DNA of 64,000 nt from an uncultured delta proteobacterium (GTDB lineage Bacteria; Desulfobacterota; Binatia; UBA9968): NCBI GenBank assembly GCA_963847445.1, contig CAWJZV010000014.1:1-64000 (forward strand). The letters are read 5' to 3'. A program made the position numbers and the translations under genes. The notes under the pieces were generated by a model, which saw nothing but the letters and a program-made list of their open reading frames with translations, was not told the origin of the DNA and made no database searches. Shown here one piece after another: positions 21,380 to 34,792 of the stretch (positions within the stretch are counted from its first letter, which is position 1; each line of letters opens with the position of its first letter).

Positions 21380-22307
21380 CTACTCTCTTGAAACGACTTC
21401 TCCCACAACAGAATGACCGGGCTGGCGATGAAGATGGTCGAGTAGACGCCGGAGACAAAGCCGACTAAAAGAGCGAAGGCGAAGGGCCGGATCACCGCGC
21501 CGCCGAGCAGGTAAAGCGCCAACAAGACCAGTAATGCCGTGCCGGTGGTCAGTATCGTCCGGCTCAGGGTCTCGTTTAATGCTGGTATTGATGATATTTT
21601 CCAAACTTTCGCGCCGGATCTTGCGCAGGTTCTCGCGGATACGATCGCAGATAACCACCGTGTCGTTGACCGAGAAACCGACGATGGTCAGCAACGCCGC
21701 GACCACGGTCAGATCGAATTCGTAGTTGGCCAGCATCAAGGCGCCGACGGTCACCAACACGTCGTGGATCAAAGCGATCACCGCGCCCAGGCCGAAATGC
21801 AGACCGAACTTCGCACCGAACGCCGAGGCGAAGCGAATCCAGATATACACGCCCATCATCACCGTGGCGGCGATCACCGAAACCGTGCCGCGCCAGCGCA
21901 GATCCTCGCCGATCTTCGGTCCGACATATTCGACCCGGCGGATCTCGAATTTATCGGCGCCGAACTTTGCCGTTAGCGCCTTTTTCATCTGATCGCCCAG
22001 CGCGGCGATCTCGAGCCCGACCTTTTCGACGCGGACGAGAAATTCGAAAGCGCCTTCCTGGCCAAATTCTTGAATTGTGCTGCCGCCCAGATCGATCGTC
22101 TCCAAGGCTTGGCGGATATCCGGGATCGTCGTCGCGCTGTTGAAATTTCAACTGCACCATCGTGCCGCCGGCGAAGTCGACGCCCAGATTCGGCCCCTTG
22201 ACGAAGAGAAAGGCGAGCACCACCAGGTTCACGACCGTCGAAGCGATCAGGGCGATTTTTCGATAACGAGTAAACGGAATCTTACTGCCAGGCTTGATGA
22301 GTTCCAT
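21380..22307 (-). CDS. secF: Protein translocase subunit SecF, frameshifted
   Basis: GVDFAGG, VGPKIG, GFSVNDTVVICDRIREN, GVYSTIFIA. Confidence 0.92.
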
Positions 22308-22315
22308 TGCTTCCC

Positions 22316-23945
22316 TTAGATGCTGATGCGCTCCAGTCGGCGCGCGCCGATGCGATAGTCGTAGTAGATACGGGTCAAATAGACCGCCGTGATCACGGTC
22401 GTCAGGATGCCGATGCACAGCGTCACGGCGAAGCCTTTGATCGGCCCGGTGCCGAACTGAAAGAGAATCACCCCCGAAAGAAACGTCGTGATGTTGGAGT
22501 CCAAGATCGCCGGCAGGGCATTTTGATACCCGGCTTCGATGGCCGAACGCACTGCCCGGCCGGCGCGAATTTCCTCGCGTATGCGTTCGTTGATGAGCAC
22601 GTTGGCATCCACAGCCATGCCGAGGGTCAAGACAATTCCGGCGATGCCCGGCAGCGTCAGTACCGCTTGGAAACCGGCGAGGATGGCAGCCATGAACAAG
22701 ACGTTGAAGACCAGCGCCACGTCAGCGACCAAGCCGGCGCCTTTGTAGTAAGCGACCATGAACAGGATCACCAACGCGCCGCCGACGACAAACGAAGTGA
22801 GGCCCTGAGTGATCGAGTCGCGCCCCAATGATGGCCCGACGGTGCGTTCTTCGACGATCTCCACCGGCGCCGGCAGCGCGCCGGCGCGCAGAACGATCGA
22901 TAGATCGCGCGCTTCTTTGATGTCGAAGCTGCCGGTGATCGAGGCCCGGCCGCCGCCGATGCGCTCTTGGATCACCGGCGCCGAGTAGACATTGTTGTCG
23001 AGCACGATGGCCATGCGCCGCTTCACGTTAGCCGCGGTGATCTGTTCGAAAAGCCGCCCGCCCTGGTCGTTGAGAATGAGTTCGACATAGGGGCCTTGTA
23101 GCTGCTCGCCGGGACGCACCCGCGCGTCTTGAATATATTCGCCGGTCATCAGCGTGCGCGCTTCCAGGACATAGGGAACTTTCGCCGGGCTCGCACCGGC
23201 GACGCCTTTACCGACCTGGCCGAAGAGCACCTGCGCGCCCTGGCGGCGCGCCGCTCTTGACCGCATCTTCCGGATTGACGTTGTCGTCGACCAGCTTGAA
23301 CTCCAAAAGCGCGGTCTTGCCGATGATATCCTTGGCCCGCTGCGGGTCTTGGATGCCGGGAAGTTGGACGAGAATATTGTTGATCCCCTGGCGCTGAATC
23401 ACCGGCTCGCTGACGCCGAACTGGTCGATGCGGTTGCGGATGGTTTCGAGCGATTGATCGACGATATAGTCGCGCAACGCGCGAGTCTCTTCCCGGTTAA
23501 GCGTCATGACGAAATCGGTCCCGGTGGCGCTCGTCTGCGGCGTCTTGGCCTCGGACAAGTTGGCGAAGTCGGCCTTGAGGATGCTGCGCACCCGGTCGAC
23601 GCTCACGGTCGCCACTTTGATCTGCAGCTGCGTGCCTTCGACGCGCTCCACCGATACCCCCGAAATTCCCTTGTCGCGAATACTGGTGGTGAGATCACTC
23701 TTCAAACGCTCCATGTGATTCTCGATCGCTTTGTCGAGCTTCACTTCGAGCACCAGATGGCTGCCGCCTTGCAGATCGAGGCCCAGATGAATCGCATCCG
23801 ATGGCAAGAAATCAGGCCACCAGTTGGGCATTTCGGTCTTGCCGGTACTATCTTTTTTGCCGAGAAAGTTAGGCGCGAGAAAGAGCACCGACAACAGAGC
23901 TAGAACCGAGAAGATAATCACTCGGGTAAGAACACCCCGTCGCAT
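22316..23945 (-). CDS. secD: Protein translocase subunit SecD, frameshifted
   Basis: LGLDLQGG, RIDQFGVSEP, LRAGALPAP, GMAVDANVLINERIREE. Confidence 0.95.
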
Positions 23946-23949
23946 TCGA

Positions 23950-24285
23950 TTATTCCTTTCCGTCTTTGGCTGATGCCTTGTCGGCGGTAATAACGGCAGA
24001 GATCTGCGGACGATTCACGCGGATACGCACGTTCGGCGCAACTTCGAGGGTCACCACCTGATCTTTGATTTCGGTCACCTTACCGTAAATTCCCCCGGAG
24101 GTCATCACCTCGTCGTTTCTTTTTATCTTATTGAGCATCTCCTGGTGCTCTTTCTGCTTCTTCTGCTGCGGCCGAAACACCATGAAATACATGATGACGA
24201 GAATAATGATGAACGGGAATATCGTCATCAACGGTCCCGGTCCGGCAGCGCCCGGCGCCGCCTGCGCGTAAGCAAAATCGACCAT
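23950..24285 (-). CDS. yajC: Preprotein translocase subunit YajC
   Basis: YFMVFRPQQKK, DEVMTSGGIYG; located between tgt and secD. Confidence 0.95.
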   Translation of the reverse strand: MVDFAYAQAAPGAAGPGPLMTIFPFIIILVIMYFMVFRPQQKKQKEHQEMLNKIKRNDEVMTSGGIYGKVTEIKDQVVTLEVAPNVRIRVNRPQISAVITADKASAKDGKE

Positions 24286-24307
24286 GATTCCTCCTCCAAG
24301 GGTTTTC

Positions 24308-25422
<1,115 letters not shown>

Positions 25423-25428
25423 CAACCT

Positions 25429-25573
25429 ATTTTGGATTTTGGAATTTCGTCCGCGGGGGCGCTTTTGGATTGGGGGACTGCTGAATCGCCATCGCAGCAA
25501 TGCTTGCGATATTGCGTCCGAATCCGACAATCCAAAATCCAAAAGCGGCCGCGCAGATCGAAAATCCAAAATT
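25429..25573. repeat. Inverted heptamer arrays (TTTTGGA..AATCCAAAATCCAAAA) between queA and tgt
   Basis: Directly visible short-period repeats in opposite orientations. Confidence 0.65.
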
Positions 25574-26614
25574 TCATAAGATGAGCATCGCGTCGCCGTA
25601 ACTATAAAATCGATACTGCCGCTCGATCGCTTCGCGATAAGCACGCCTTACCAGGTCGAGACCGGCGAATGCGGCGACGAGAATCAGCGGTGTCGAACCG
25701 GGCAGATGAAAGTTGGTGATCAGGGCATCGAGTACGCGAAACCGTCGCCGGGGCGCACGTACAGCCTGGCGATGCCCTCGTCGGCGACCAGCTCGCCCTT
25801 CTGCAAAGCGATCCATTCCAACGTGCGCGTGCTGGTCGAACCGACGGCGACAACTCTTTTCCCGTTCAGCTTGGTGCGAGTTGATTTTCTCCGCGCTGGC
25901 TGCGCTGAGCGAGTAGCGCTCCCCTTCCATGCGATGATTTTCAATTTCCGCCGCGCGCACCGGCTGAAAAGTGCCCGGCCCGACATGCAGGGTCAACAAG
26001 GTGTGATCGATGCCCTGGGCACCAAGCTCGGCCAGTAGCTCCGGGGTGAAATGAAATCCCGCCGTGGGCGCGGCGACAGCACCGCGGTTGGCCGCGTAGA
26101 CGGTCTGATAACGCTCGCGGTCGAGGGACTCGGAATCGCGGCTGCGCCGCACATAGGGCGGCAACGGCGGCTCGCCAAGCGCGTCCAATTGTTCGTCGAA
26201 GTCACCGTCGTGATGGAACTCCAGACCGAATCGGCCGCGCCCGAGATCGCCGATCACTTCCGCCGTCATGTTGGCACCGAAGCGCAACAGACTACCTACC
26301 TGCGGCTTCTTGGCGGCGTCGGCCATGGCGATCCACAAGCTCCGGCCATCGTCGGGGAAACGCTCAATCAGCAGAACTTCGACTTTACCGCCGCTGTCCT
26401 TGGTCCCGAGCAAACGCGCCGGAAAGACCTTGGTGTCGTTGAGCACCAGAAGATCGCCGGCATCGAGAAAGCTGCCAAGCTCGGCAAACACGCTATGAAT
26501 GATTTCGCCGGTGGCGCGGCGTATGACCAACAACCGAGAGCCCGTGCGCTCCCGGCTGGGAAACGCCGCGATCAACGACTCGGGCAACTGGTAATCGAAT
26601 TCTTTGAGATCCAT
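25574..26614 (-). CDS. queA: SAM:tRNA ribosyltransferase-isomerase QueA; short internal out-of-frame stretch
   Basis: [45 protein letters not shown]. Confidence 0.95.
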   Translation of the reverse strand: MDLKEFDYQLPESLIAAFPSRERTGSRLLVIRRATGEIIHSVFAELGSFLDAGDLLVLNDTKVFPARLLGTKDSGGKVEVLLIERFPDDGRSLWIAMADAAKKPQVGSLLRFGANMTAEVIGDLGRGRFGLEFHHDGDFDEQLDALGEPPLPPYVRRSRDSESLDRERYQTVYAANRGAVAAPTAGFHFTPELLAELGAQGIDHTLLTLHVGPGTFQPVRAAEIENHRMEGERYSLSAASAEKINSHQAEREKSCRRRFDQHAHVGMDRFAEGRAGRRRGHRQAVRAPRRRFRVLDALITNFHLPGSTPLILVAAFAGLDLVRRAYREAIERQYRFYSYGDAMLIL

Positions 26615-26660
26615 CTAGGCCGATAAAATAGTTTCTTGCAGATCTATTGCAAATAAAGTT

Positions 26661-26963
26661 TTCACCACGAAGGACACGAAGAGCACGAAGTTCGGAATTT
26701 TGGTTATCCGAATCCTTCGTGTCCTTCGTACTACTATGCCTCGAAACTTACGCGGTTTGGGCAAATTTTCTGGTAACGGGAATACTAGAACATGGGATTG
26801 ACTCTCGCAAAGGCGCAAAGCTCGCCAAGTTCGGAGAGAAGAGATGAACTATCTTGAAGAATTTATTCACCGTTATTTTCCGACCTTTGCGGCCTTTGCG
26901 TCTTTGCGAGAGATATTCCGAGTTTCGGTTGCGGCTGTGTCGCGCTATGATCTTCGTGGTGAA
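26661..26963. mobile_element. TTCACCACGAAG inverted-repeat unit carrying element E (26731-26949, minus orientation)
   Basis: Outer TTCACCACGAAG..CTTCGTGGTGAA; inner sequence homologous to 41096-41347. Confidence 0.8.
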
Positions 26964-27011
26964 CAAAACCGTCTCAACAGCCCGCCTGATTCACACAAGA
27001 GCCGGAAGACA

Positions 27012-27045
27012 ATAAAATGAGGGCACGGCATGCCGTGCCCTCATT
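27012..27045 (-). terminator. REP-like hairpin or terminator downstream of the slipin gene
   Basis: AATGAGGGCACGGCATGCCGTGCCCTCATT palindrome, followed by T-rich sequence on the minus strand. Confidence 0.6.
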
Positions 27046-27083
27046 GAGATCGGCAGGACAGGTCAGTCTAATCTAGATTGCTC

Positions 27084-27839
27084 TTACGATTGATCCTTCT
27101 TCAAGAACGGCGTCAACAGATCGATAGGTATGGGGAAGATCGTCGTCGAATTTTTCTCCGAGGCGATTTCGACCAGACTCTGAAGATAACGCAACTGCAA
27201 CGCCATCGGTTGCAGAGCCATGACTCCGGCGGCGTCGGCGAGCTTTTGCGAAGCCTGGTATTCACCCTCGGCGTGGATGACTTTGGCGCGCCGTTCACGC
27301 TCGGCCTCGGCCTGCTTCGCCATGGCGCGCTGCATTTCCTGCGGCAAATCGATATGCTTCAGCTCAACCAGCACGACCTTGATTCCCCAGGGATCGGTCT
27401 GCTTATCCAAGATGTCTTGAATGCGGCTGTTGATCTTTTCCCGCTCGGACAGGAGTTCGTCTAGTTCGCCCTGGCCGCAGACACTGCGCAACGTCACCTG
27501 GGCGAGCTGAGAGGTGGCGAAAAGATAATTCTCCACCTCTCGAACCGCCAGATTGGGATCGATGACCCTAAAATAAAGCACCGCGTTGACCTTCACCGAA
27601 ACGTTATCGCGGGTGATCACGTCCTGCGGCGGGATATCCATGGTCACCGTGCGCAGATCCATCTTGACCATCTTTTCGATGCCCGGAATGATGTAAACCA
27701 TCCCTGGACCGCGCGAGCCGACCATGCGGCCGAGGCGGAACACCACACCGCGCTCATACTCTTTGAGAATCTTGATGCCACTGACCAGCGCCGCCACCGC
27801 AATGACGAGAAACGTCGCTACCGGTCCGAATCCAAACAT
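27084..27839 (-). CDS. Slipin/SPFH (stomatin-like) protein
   Basis: [37 protein letters not shown]. Confidence 0.92.
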   Translation of the reverse strand: MFGFGPVATFLVIAVAALVSGIKILKEYERGVVFRLGRMVGSRGPGMVYIIPGIEKMVKMDLRTVTMDIPPQDVITRDNVSVKVNAVLYFRVIDPNLAVREVENYLFATSQLAQVTLRSVCGQGELDELLSEREKINSRIQDILDKQTDPWGIKVVLVELKHIDLPQEMQRAMAKQAEAERERRAKVIHAEGEYQASQKLADAAGVMALQPMALQLRYLQSLVEIASEKNSTTIFPIPIDLLTPFLKKDQS

Positions 27840-27878
27840 GGATACCTCCTGTTGTCAGTAATCGTCTAACTCGCCGCC

Positions 27879-29174
27879 CTAAACCTGACGCACCATTAAA
27901 ATCATCCCGTCGTAGCCGATCACTTCGACCTTGGCGCCCACTTCGATCGGCGTATCCGCCCGGGCGTTCCAATATTCGCCATGGACGAAAATCTTGCCTG
28001 CCGGCGTGAGCTCGGCTCTGACTTCGCCGATCTTGCCGATCAAACTTGCCATGCCCATGGTCGGCTTGGCCTGCTGGGTGCGAAATACCAAATAGCTCAA
28101 ACCAAGCATGATCGCCCCCACCGTGGCCACCGCCGTGAAGACGATCGCTCGATCGACGATCAGATCCGAGCTTTCGGTATCGAACAAGAGCAGCGAACCC
28201 ATGGCGAGGGCAATGATGCCGCCGATGCCCAAAACCCCGAAGCTCGGCAAAAACATTTCACCGACAAGCAGCGCGATGCCCAGCGCGATCAGCGCGAGAC
28301 CGGTGTAGTTAAGCGGCAGAAGTTGAAACGATGCCAGCGCCAGTAACAAACAAATCGCCCCGGCCACGCCTGGGAAAATCACCCCGGGATGGGAAAACTC
28401 CATATACAATCCGAGCAGGCCCGCCATCATCAGCAGATAAGCGATGTTGGGATCGGCCAGGATATTCAACACCTTCTGCTTCAGGCTCATGTCATGGCGC
28501 TGCACTTTCGCGCCTTTGAGCGCCAGCACCTGGAGCTTGCCGTCGAGATCGACCTTGCGGCCATCGGCTTGCTTGAGCAAATCGTCAATGTCTTTGGCGA
28601 CGATGTCGATGACATTTTTCTTGAGCGCATCGCTCTCGGTGATCGCCACGCTTTTGCGCACCGCTTGGATCGCCCACTCGGCGTTGCGGCCGCGCTTCTG
28701 CGCGATGGTCTCGCTGAACGATGCCGTGAAATTCTCGATCTTCTCGCCCATCACGCCTTTGACTTCCTGGCCGCCGCCGGCCACCGGATGGGCCGCGCCG
28801 ATGTTGGTGCCGGGCGCCATCGCCGCCACATGGGCGGCCAGCGTGATAAACACTCCCGCCGAGCCGGCGCCGGCGCCGCTCGGACCGACCCAGACCATGA
28901 CCGGCACCTGCGCGCCGAGCATTTCCTTGACGATAGTGCGGGTCGAAGTGAGCAGCCCACCGGGGGTGTCGAGCTGAATGATCAGCGCCCGCGCGCCATT
29001 TTGCTTCGCCCGGGCGATGCCTTCGCGGATGAAATCATCCACCGCCGGATTGATGCTGCCGTCGATGGCGATCAAATCGACATGGGGCGCCGCCGCGTCC
29101 TTGGACTGCGCCAACACGCCCGCGCCCATGGCGACTAGGCCAATGAATAGAATTGCTTTAAGCGTCTTCACCAC
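27879..29174 (-). CDS. nfeD: NfeD family membrane-bound ClpP-class serine protease
   Basis: [27 protein letters not shown]-terminal GEYWNA; adjacent to slipin. Confidence 0.9.
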   Translation of the reverse strand: MVKTLKAILFIGLVAMGAGVLAQSKDAAAPHVDLIAIDGSINPAVDDFIREGIARAKQNGARALIIQLDTPGGLLTSTRTIVKEMLGAQVPVMVWVGPSGAGAGSAGVFITLAAHVAAMAPGTNIGAAHPVAGGGQEVKGVMGEKIENFTASFSETIAQKRGRNAEWAIQAVRKSVAITESDALKKNVIDIVAKDIDDLLKQADGRKVDLDGKLQVLALKGAKVQRHDMSLKQKVLNILADPNIAYLLMMAGLLGLYMEFSHPGVIFPGVAGAICLLLALASFQLLPLNYTGLALIALGIALLVGEMFLPSFGVLGIGGIIALAMGSLLLFDTESSDLIVDRAIVFTAVATVGAIMLGLSYLVFRTQQAKPTMGMASLIGKIGEVRAELTPAGKIFVHGEYWNARADTPIEVGAKVEVIGYDGMILMVRQV

Positions 29175-29922
29175 GCATCTCTTTGATTACCAGTTTAATA
29201 TCTTCCCACACCAGCTTTTTGTCCGCCGGGTTGCGCAGCAAGTAAGCCGGGTGGAACGTCGGCATGAGCTTGATGCCGTGGTAGCTGGCCCAAGTGCCGC
29301 GCAGTTTGCCGATCGGCGCTTTGCTATTGAGTAGCGTTTGCACGGCGAATTTGCCCAGACCGACGATGATTTGCGGCCGGACGATATCGATCTGCTTTTT
29401 TAGGAACGGCTCGCAGGCAGCGACTTCGTCCGGCTCGGGATTGCGGTTCTCCGGCGGCCGGCATTTGACCACGTTGCAAATGTAAACATCTTCGCGCTTG
29501 AGCCCCATGCCCTTGGTGATGATGTCGGTCAACAGCTGTCCGGCCCGGCCGACGAACGGTTCGCCTTGAAGATCTTCGTCGCGGCCCGGCCCTTCGCCGA
29601 CAAACATCAGCTTGGCGCGGGGATTGCCGACGCCAAAAACGATATGGGTCCGCCCTGAACAAAGCTTACAGCGCTGGCAATCGCCGATGGCCGCGCGCAA
29701 CTCTGCCAAACTCCCGGCTCCCAGGGCAACGCTGTAATCGGCAAGCATGTCTACCTCTGTACCCGCCATGACGCTCGGTTCTCGAACTGCATTCGAGTTT
29801 TTCTGTGCAGCCGGCGATTGTTTAGGCAAGTAACGAAGCCCACTGCGCTGGCGGCGCTCGAGATGGCGCTTGAGCGTGGTGGTTAACGCGGCCAATTCTT
29901 CGGCGTCGCTCGGCTCGGACAT
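29158..29922 (-). CDS. Family 4 uracil-DNA glycosylase with 4Fe-4S motif
   Basis: [26 protein letters not shown]. Confidence 0.92.
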   Translation of the reverse strand: MSEPSDAEELAALTTTLKRHLERRQRSGLRYLPKQSPAAQKNSNAVREPSVMAGTEVDMLADYSVALGAGSLAELRAAIGDCQRCKLCSGRTHIVFGVGNPRAKLMFVGEGPGRDEDLQGEPFVGRAGQLLTDIITKGMGLKREDVYICNVVKCRPPENRNPEPDEVAACEPFLKKQIDIVRPQIIVGLGKFAVQTLLNSKAPIGKLRGTWASYHGIKLMPTFHPAYLLRNPADKKLVWEDIKLVIKEMRGEDA

Positions 29923-30247
29923 CAGCGCGATCCTTTCACCGCCGGATCGTACCACCCGACACCGGCGCGAAGCAATACGAAGTTAGCTCAATGATTGAAC
30001 AATCTGTCGCCGACTCGCTTCGGCGATAGCGGAATCCGGAATCGATGCGCTGATTGGCATTGTTTGGTCGAAGCGAGAACGACTTTCAGGAGATGGGATA
30101 TAACGGGGGTCGAAATTCACCCGACGGCCGCCGGAGAGCGGATCGCGAAACTCATTTTCGATGGCCTGGGTTGGCAGTTTGGTCGCGGTTAACAGTGTCA
30201 GATCGGCAATCAGGAAAACGACGAAATATTTTGCCGGCCTGCCGAGC

Positions 30248-31453
30248 TCAACGGCGGTTTTTGAGGGCGAGGTAATGATCGTAGATGCGGTCCGCCAACT
30301 CATCTTTACTCATCAGCGGCAGCGTCTGCGACGCGCCGGTGCGGTCGAGAATAGTCGCAATGTTGGTGTCGCCGTCAAACCCGCTGCCGGCTTCGGCAAC
30401 ATTGTTGGCGACGATCATGTCGAGATTTTTTTCGCGCAGCTTCTTGGCGGCGTTGGCGGTCAGATCTTCGGTCTCAGCGGCAAAGCCGATCAACACTTTG
30501 CCATCTTTGTTCTGGCCAAGCTCTTTGACGATATCGGGATTGGGTTCCAGGCGCAGCTCGATGGGGCCTTTGCCGCGCTTGATCTTCCGATCCGCCGTCA
30601 CCACCGGCCGGTAATCAGCTACTGCCGCCGCCATCACCACCGCCGTCGCCGTGGCGAACTCTTTAACCACGGCGTCACGCATGTCGGCGGCCGTGACCAC
30701 AGGAATCAGGCGAACGCCGGCAGGACAGTCCAGCGCGGTGGGTCCACTCACCAGCACCACCTCTGCACCCCGCCGTGCCGCCGCCCGTGCCAGCGCATAA
30801 CCCATCTTTCCGGAAGACCGGTTTGACAGGTAGCGCACCGGATCGAGGGGCTCGCGATTGGGCCCAGCGGTGATCAACAGCCGCTCACCCACCAAGTCCT
30901 TTTTTCCGAGCAAGCGCTCGACCTCGTCGGCAATCTTTTCCGGATCGGGCAGCCGGCCCTTGCCTTCGTAGCCGCAAGCGAGAAAACCTTCGGCCGGCTC
31001 TAAAATATGGTAACCGACCCGGCCGAGCTTGCGCAGATTCTCCTGCAGGATCGGATTCTCATACATATGGATATTCATCGCCGGCGCGATCAACACCGGC
31101 GCCTGAGTCGCCATGATCACCGTCGTCAAAAGATCGTCGGCGATGCCGTTGGCGATCTTGCCGATGATGTTGGCCGTCGCCGGCGCAACCACGAACAGAT
31201 CGGCCGAGTCGGCTAAATTGATATGGCCGATTTCAGACTCCTGCGTGAGGTTGAAGGTTTCCGTAGCCACAGGATGGCCGGAAAGGGTTTGAAAGGTCAG
31301 CGCTGTGACAAATTCCAGGGCGCCGCGGGTCATGATCACCTGAACGCGGAGACCGGCCTTGACGAGTAAACGCACCAGCTCTACCGCCTTGTAGCAGGCG
31401 ATGCCGCCGGTCACCCCAAGCACCACGGTTTTCGGTTTGTCGATTTCCGCCAC
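30248..31453 (-). CDS. coaBC: Phosphopantothenoylcysteine decarboxylase/synthase CoaBC
   Basis: GVTGGIACYK, APAMN, LACG, NRSSGKMG, AAVADY, GFAAET. Confidence 0.95.
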   Translation of the reverse strand: MAEIDKPKTVVLGVTGGIACYKAVELVRLLVKAGLRVQVIMTRGALEFVTALTFQTLSGHPVATETFNLTQESEIGHINLADSADLFVVAPATANIIGKIANGIADDLLTTVIMATQAPVLIAPAMNIHMYENPILQENLRKLGRVGYHILEPAEGFLACGYEGKGRLPDPEKIADEVERLLGKKDLVGERLLITAGPNREPLDPVRYLSNRSSGKMGYALARAAARRGAEVVLVSGPTALDCPAGVRLIPVVTAADMRDAVVKEFATATAVVMAAAVADYRPVVTADRKIKRGKGPIELRLEPNPDIVKELGQNKDGKVLIGFAAETEDLTANAAKKLREKNLDMIVANNVAEAGSGFDGDTNIATILDRTGASQTLPLMSKDELADRIYDHYLALKNRR

Positions 31454-31790
31454 AGCGACAAACTAGCCGATTCAACTAATTGCTGCAAACTTTTACCTAG
31501 CCAGGCCAAAAGCGACTCGGCTGCCCGACAGTGTAACCAAGTTTACAGTGTTGCGACTTTTAGGCACCCGCGGTTGTCACAGCATCGTCAGCGTCAGACT
31601 GTTTCTTTGTCTCTAATTCCCTCTATTTGCTCGCGGCGGCGTTGGAACAGAGAGTCGATCGCTGGCATGATTTTGGCTCATATAACTGCATTCGGTAGAA
31701 GCGCAATTCACGATATGATAATCACTGTGTTTAACTTGACCGTTTACTGTAGCTTCATATTTGAAATCCATCTGGGACAAGGAGAAGGGG

Positions 31791-32630
31791 ATGTATAAAT
31801 CATATTGCCGGTGGTTATTGAAAATGTGGATGGCTGGCGCGCTCGCCAGTTCGATTGGCCTGCTGGCTATGCCCGGCGGGACCGCACAGGCAGAGGAGAT
31901 TGCCGCTACGTCGGAATCCGCCGACAATCCAGAAGTGATCGTCGCGCTGGCTGCCGACGCCGGCGCCATCGGCGTGGAGATGGCCACCCAACCGACCATG
32001 ACAGCCGCCGCCGCTGGGGATGACTTCGATCAGGACCCTTGGGAAGGCTTCAACGAAAAGATGTTCAACTTCAATCGGGAGATCCTCGATCGCTTTCTGT
32101 TGAAGCCGATCGCCACCGGCTGGGACTTTGTTTTTCCTGACATGGTACAACGCGGATTTCGCAACATGTTCGACAACCTCGACGTCGTCCGCCGAGTGGT
32201 CAATAATACCCTGCAATTGAAGCTTGCCGGCGCCGGCATCGAGCTGGTGCGATTTACCGTCAATAGTACGGTTGGGGTCGCGGGCTTTTTCGACATTGCA
32301 AAGGATGCCTTCGGCATCGAACAGAAAGACGAAGACACCGGCCAGACCTTCGGCGTCTGGGGCATGGGACCGGGTCCCTATCTAGTTCTGCCGCTTCTGC
32401 CGCCGCTGAACGTTCGTGACGGCATCGGTTATGCCTTCGACGCGGCGATGTTCCCACCGTCTTACTTTATCCCCTGGTGGGGCTCCCTCGCAGGCACTGT
32501 TACCGAGACGGTCAACGAGCGCTCACTCAATCTCGACCGCTTCGAGCGGGTGGCGGAAACCACAGTTGACCTCTACGGCGCCGTGCGTAACGCCTACTTG
32601 CAACGGCGCGCTGCCGCGATCAAGCAATAG
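31791..32630 (+). CDS. mlaA: VacJ/MlaA family protein
   Basis: DPWEGFN, RFTVNSTVG, EDTGQTFGVWG, GPYLVLP, RNAYLQRR. Confidence 0.88.
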   Translation: MYKSYCRWLLKMWMAGALASSIGLLAMPGGTAQAEEIAATSESADNPEVIVALAADAGAIGVEMATQPTMTAAAAGDDFDQDPWEGFNEKMFNFNREILDRFLLKPIATGWDFVFPDMVQRGFRNMFDNLDVVRRVVNNTLQLKLAGAGIELVRFTVNSTVGVAGFFDIAKDAFGIEQKDEDTGQTFGVWGMGPGPYLVLPLLPPLNVRDGIGYAFDAAMFPPSYFIPWWGSLAGTVTETVNERSLNLDRFERVAETTVDLYGAVRNAYLQRRAAAIKQ

Positions 32631-32652
32631 CTATTCGCCTACGGTTCGGAAT

Positions 32653-32693
32653 CAACGCGGAAGATCGGCAACGGTCTTCCGCGTTGCTGTTTT
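32653..32693 (+). terminator. Rho-independent terminator candidate
   Basis: CAACGCGGAAGA..TCTTCCGCGTTG stem followed by TGTTTT. Confidence 0.55.
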
Positions 32694-32856
32694 AGGGGAA
32701 TGCCGCGCGGCAATCTCCTGTCACCTGGGGTTGCCAGTACCCGCGAGTTCAAATCCGCGCACTTTCGCGGTAGTACACTATTAATTCAGGCGCAAAGATT
32801 GTACGGATTGGACCAATCGACCAGTGCAAACTTAGTCAAGCTTAGAGGACACATCG

Positions 32857-33691
32857 ATGCCCATCGCCAGTCTTCCCACAGGCACAGAGCTTTACTATGA
32901 AACCCACGGCGCTGGCGCTGCGCTACTGCTTTTTCCATCGACGGCGTTTTCCGGCGAGGTCTGGAAACCCTACCAAGTGCCGGCACTATCGCCGGCCATG
33001 CAGCTGATTCTCCACGATCCCCGCGGCTGTCCGCGCACCAGAGTCAGCCAGCAAGTCTATACCATCGAGCAGATGGCCAACGATGCGGTGGCCCTGCTCG
33101 ACCATCTAGATATTCCTTCAGCTCACCTGCTCGGCCATTCCATGGGCGGCCGGGTCGCCCTGACCCTGGCGCTGAATTTTCCCGGGCGGGTGAAGAGCCT
33201 GATCATGGCCGCCAGCGGCTCGGGCCTGGTCACTCGCCCCGGCCCGGACTGCATTCCCGGCTTGCCCCATTGGCTCGTGCTCGGCTTGGTCGAGAAAGGT
33301 TTCGAGAAACTTCTTGCGCGACGAATACTGCGAGTCGGAAGTATTTTTCACCAAGGAGTTTCGCACAGCTCATCCGGATCGCATCGAAGATTTCTTCAAG
33401 CTCGCACGCGCGACCCACGCCAACCTGTCCGAATATATCCACTTGAGCATCGCCCGCCACAACTGGGAAGCCACGCACCGTTTAGGCGACGTGCGCGTTC
33501 CGACCCTGGTGCTGATCGGCACCAACGACAAAGCGCGCAGCAACCATCTGCTACAAGCTGAAGCATTGAAAAACAGAATTCCCGGCGCCGAACTCAAAGT
33601 ACTCAAAGGCCAGTCCCACGGCTTCTTCTGGCAAGCGCCGGAAGAAACCAACCAGGTGATTCTCGACTGGGTAAGACGACACACGGCTTAA
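32857..33691 (+). CDS. Alpha/beta hydrolase, frameshift near 33315
   Basis: DPRG, GHSMGG, PTLVLIGTND, SHGFFW. Confidence 0.85.
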
Positions 33692-33720
33692 TCTGGGTGG
33701 ACTCAAACGACTTCAGAATC

Positions 33721-33808
33721 CGTCATGCGGCGCAGGTCCGGCATCCAGACTCGTTCAGGTTTCGGCTTATCATAAGAAGCCTAGACTCCCGCGTCCGCGG
33801 GAATTGAC
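33721..33808. repeat. CGTC-type REP-like inverted pair
   Basis: CGTCATGCGGCG..CATCCAG and CTAGACTCCCGCG..GGGAATTGAC. Confidence 0.5.
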
Positions 33809-33875
33809 CTACGAGCAACTCAAAGTAGACATCGCTCGTCTCACTACGTTAAAAGGTCGCCCTGGAGAAACTCTC

Positions 33876-34772
33876 ATGCCCTACTGTTATCCGCCCGATC
33901 CCAACACGCGCAAACCCAAGTTCACGCCGCCGCCCAACTCCTGCGACACGCACTTTCATGTCTTCGGGCCCCCCGAAGTGTTTCCGTTCGTCTCGACCCA
34001 TGAGTACACGCCGCCGGCGGCGCCGTTGGAACACTATCAAAAAATGCTCGCGGTGATCGGCGTCGAGCGCGCCGTCGTCGTCCAACCGAGCGTGCACGGC
34101 CTCGACAACTCGGCGACTCTCGACGCGATCAAGAACTCCCACGGCAAATTCCGCGGCGTCGGCCGCATCGACGACAAGACACCGGAGGATGAACTCCAAC
34201 GTTTACATGACGGGGGCATCCGCGGCGTGAGATTCAATCTGCTCGACCGGCCGCGCGGCAACGTTAGACTTGACGTGCTCGACCGCTGCATCGAGAAAAT
34301 TGCTGACCTCCGCTGGTCTCTCGACCTGCACATCGACATGAAAAACCTCCTCGAGCAAGAAAACCGTATTCGAACCTCGCCGATTCCAGTGATCATCGAT
34401 CATATCGCAAGAGTGAAACCCGCCGAAGGATTGCAGCAGGCAGGGTTTCAGCTGTTGCTCGAATTGATGAAACTCAAACATGTCTGGACCAAAGTCAGCG
34501 GCGCCGATAAAATTTGCGAGACCATGGTGCATTCTTATTACGGCCTGCCCTTCGTCGAGGTGATTCCCTACGCCCAGGCGGTGATAGCCGTCGCGCCCGA
34601 CCGCGTCATCTGGGGCACCGATTGGCCGCACTCGAATAATTTCGCGCCCGGCCACACGCCCAACGACGGCGACTTGGTGGATTTGCTCGCGGCATTTGCT
34701 CCCGATGAGCGGTCAGACACAAGATCCTTGTCGACAATCCCGCCGCATTGTATGGTTTCAATTGATTTTTAA
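33876..34772 (+). CDS. Amidohydrolase of the LigI (2-pyrone-4,6-dicarboxylate lactonase)-like family; C-terminus shifted
   Basis: CDTHFHVFGP, VQPSVHG, GIRGVRFN, IDHI, WGTDWPH. Confidence 0.85.
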   Translation: MPYCYPPDPNTRKPKFTPPPNSCDTHFHVFGPPEVFPFVSTHEYTPPAAPLEHYQKMLAVIGVERAVVVQPSVHGLDNSATLDAIKNSHGKFRGVGRIDDKTPEDELQRLHDGGIRGVRFNLLDRPRGNVRLDVLDRCIEKIADLRWSLDLHIDMKNLLEQENRIRTSPIPVIIDHIARVKPAEGLQQAGFQLLLELMKLKHVWTKVSGADKICETMVHSYYGLPFVEVIPYAQAVIAVAPDRVIWGTDWPHSNNFAPGHTPNDGDLVDLLAAFAPDERSDTRSLSTIPPHCMVSIDF

Positions 34773-34792
34773 ATTCGGAGGAGGAATCCACT

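Noticed and set aside
32735-32765. tRNA fragment suggested by GTTCAAATCC
   Set aside because: The flanks do not form a T-stem and no cloverleaf can be built.
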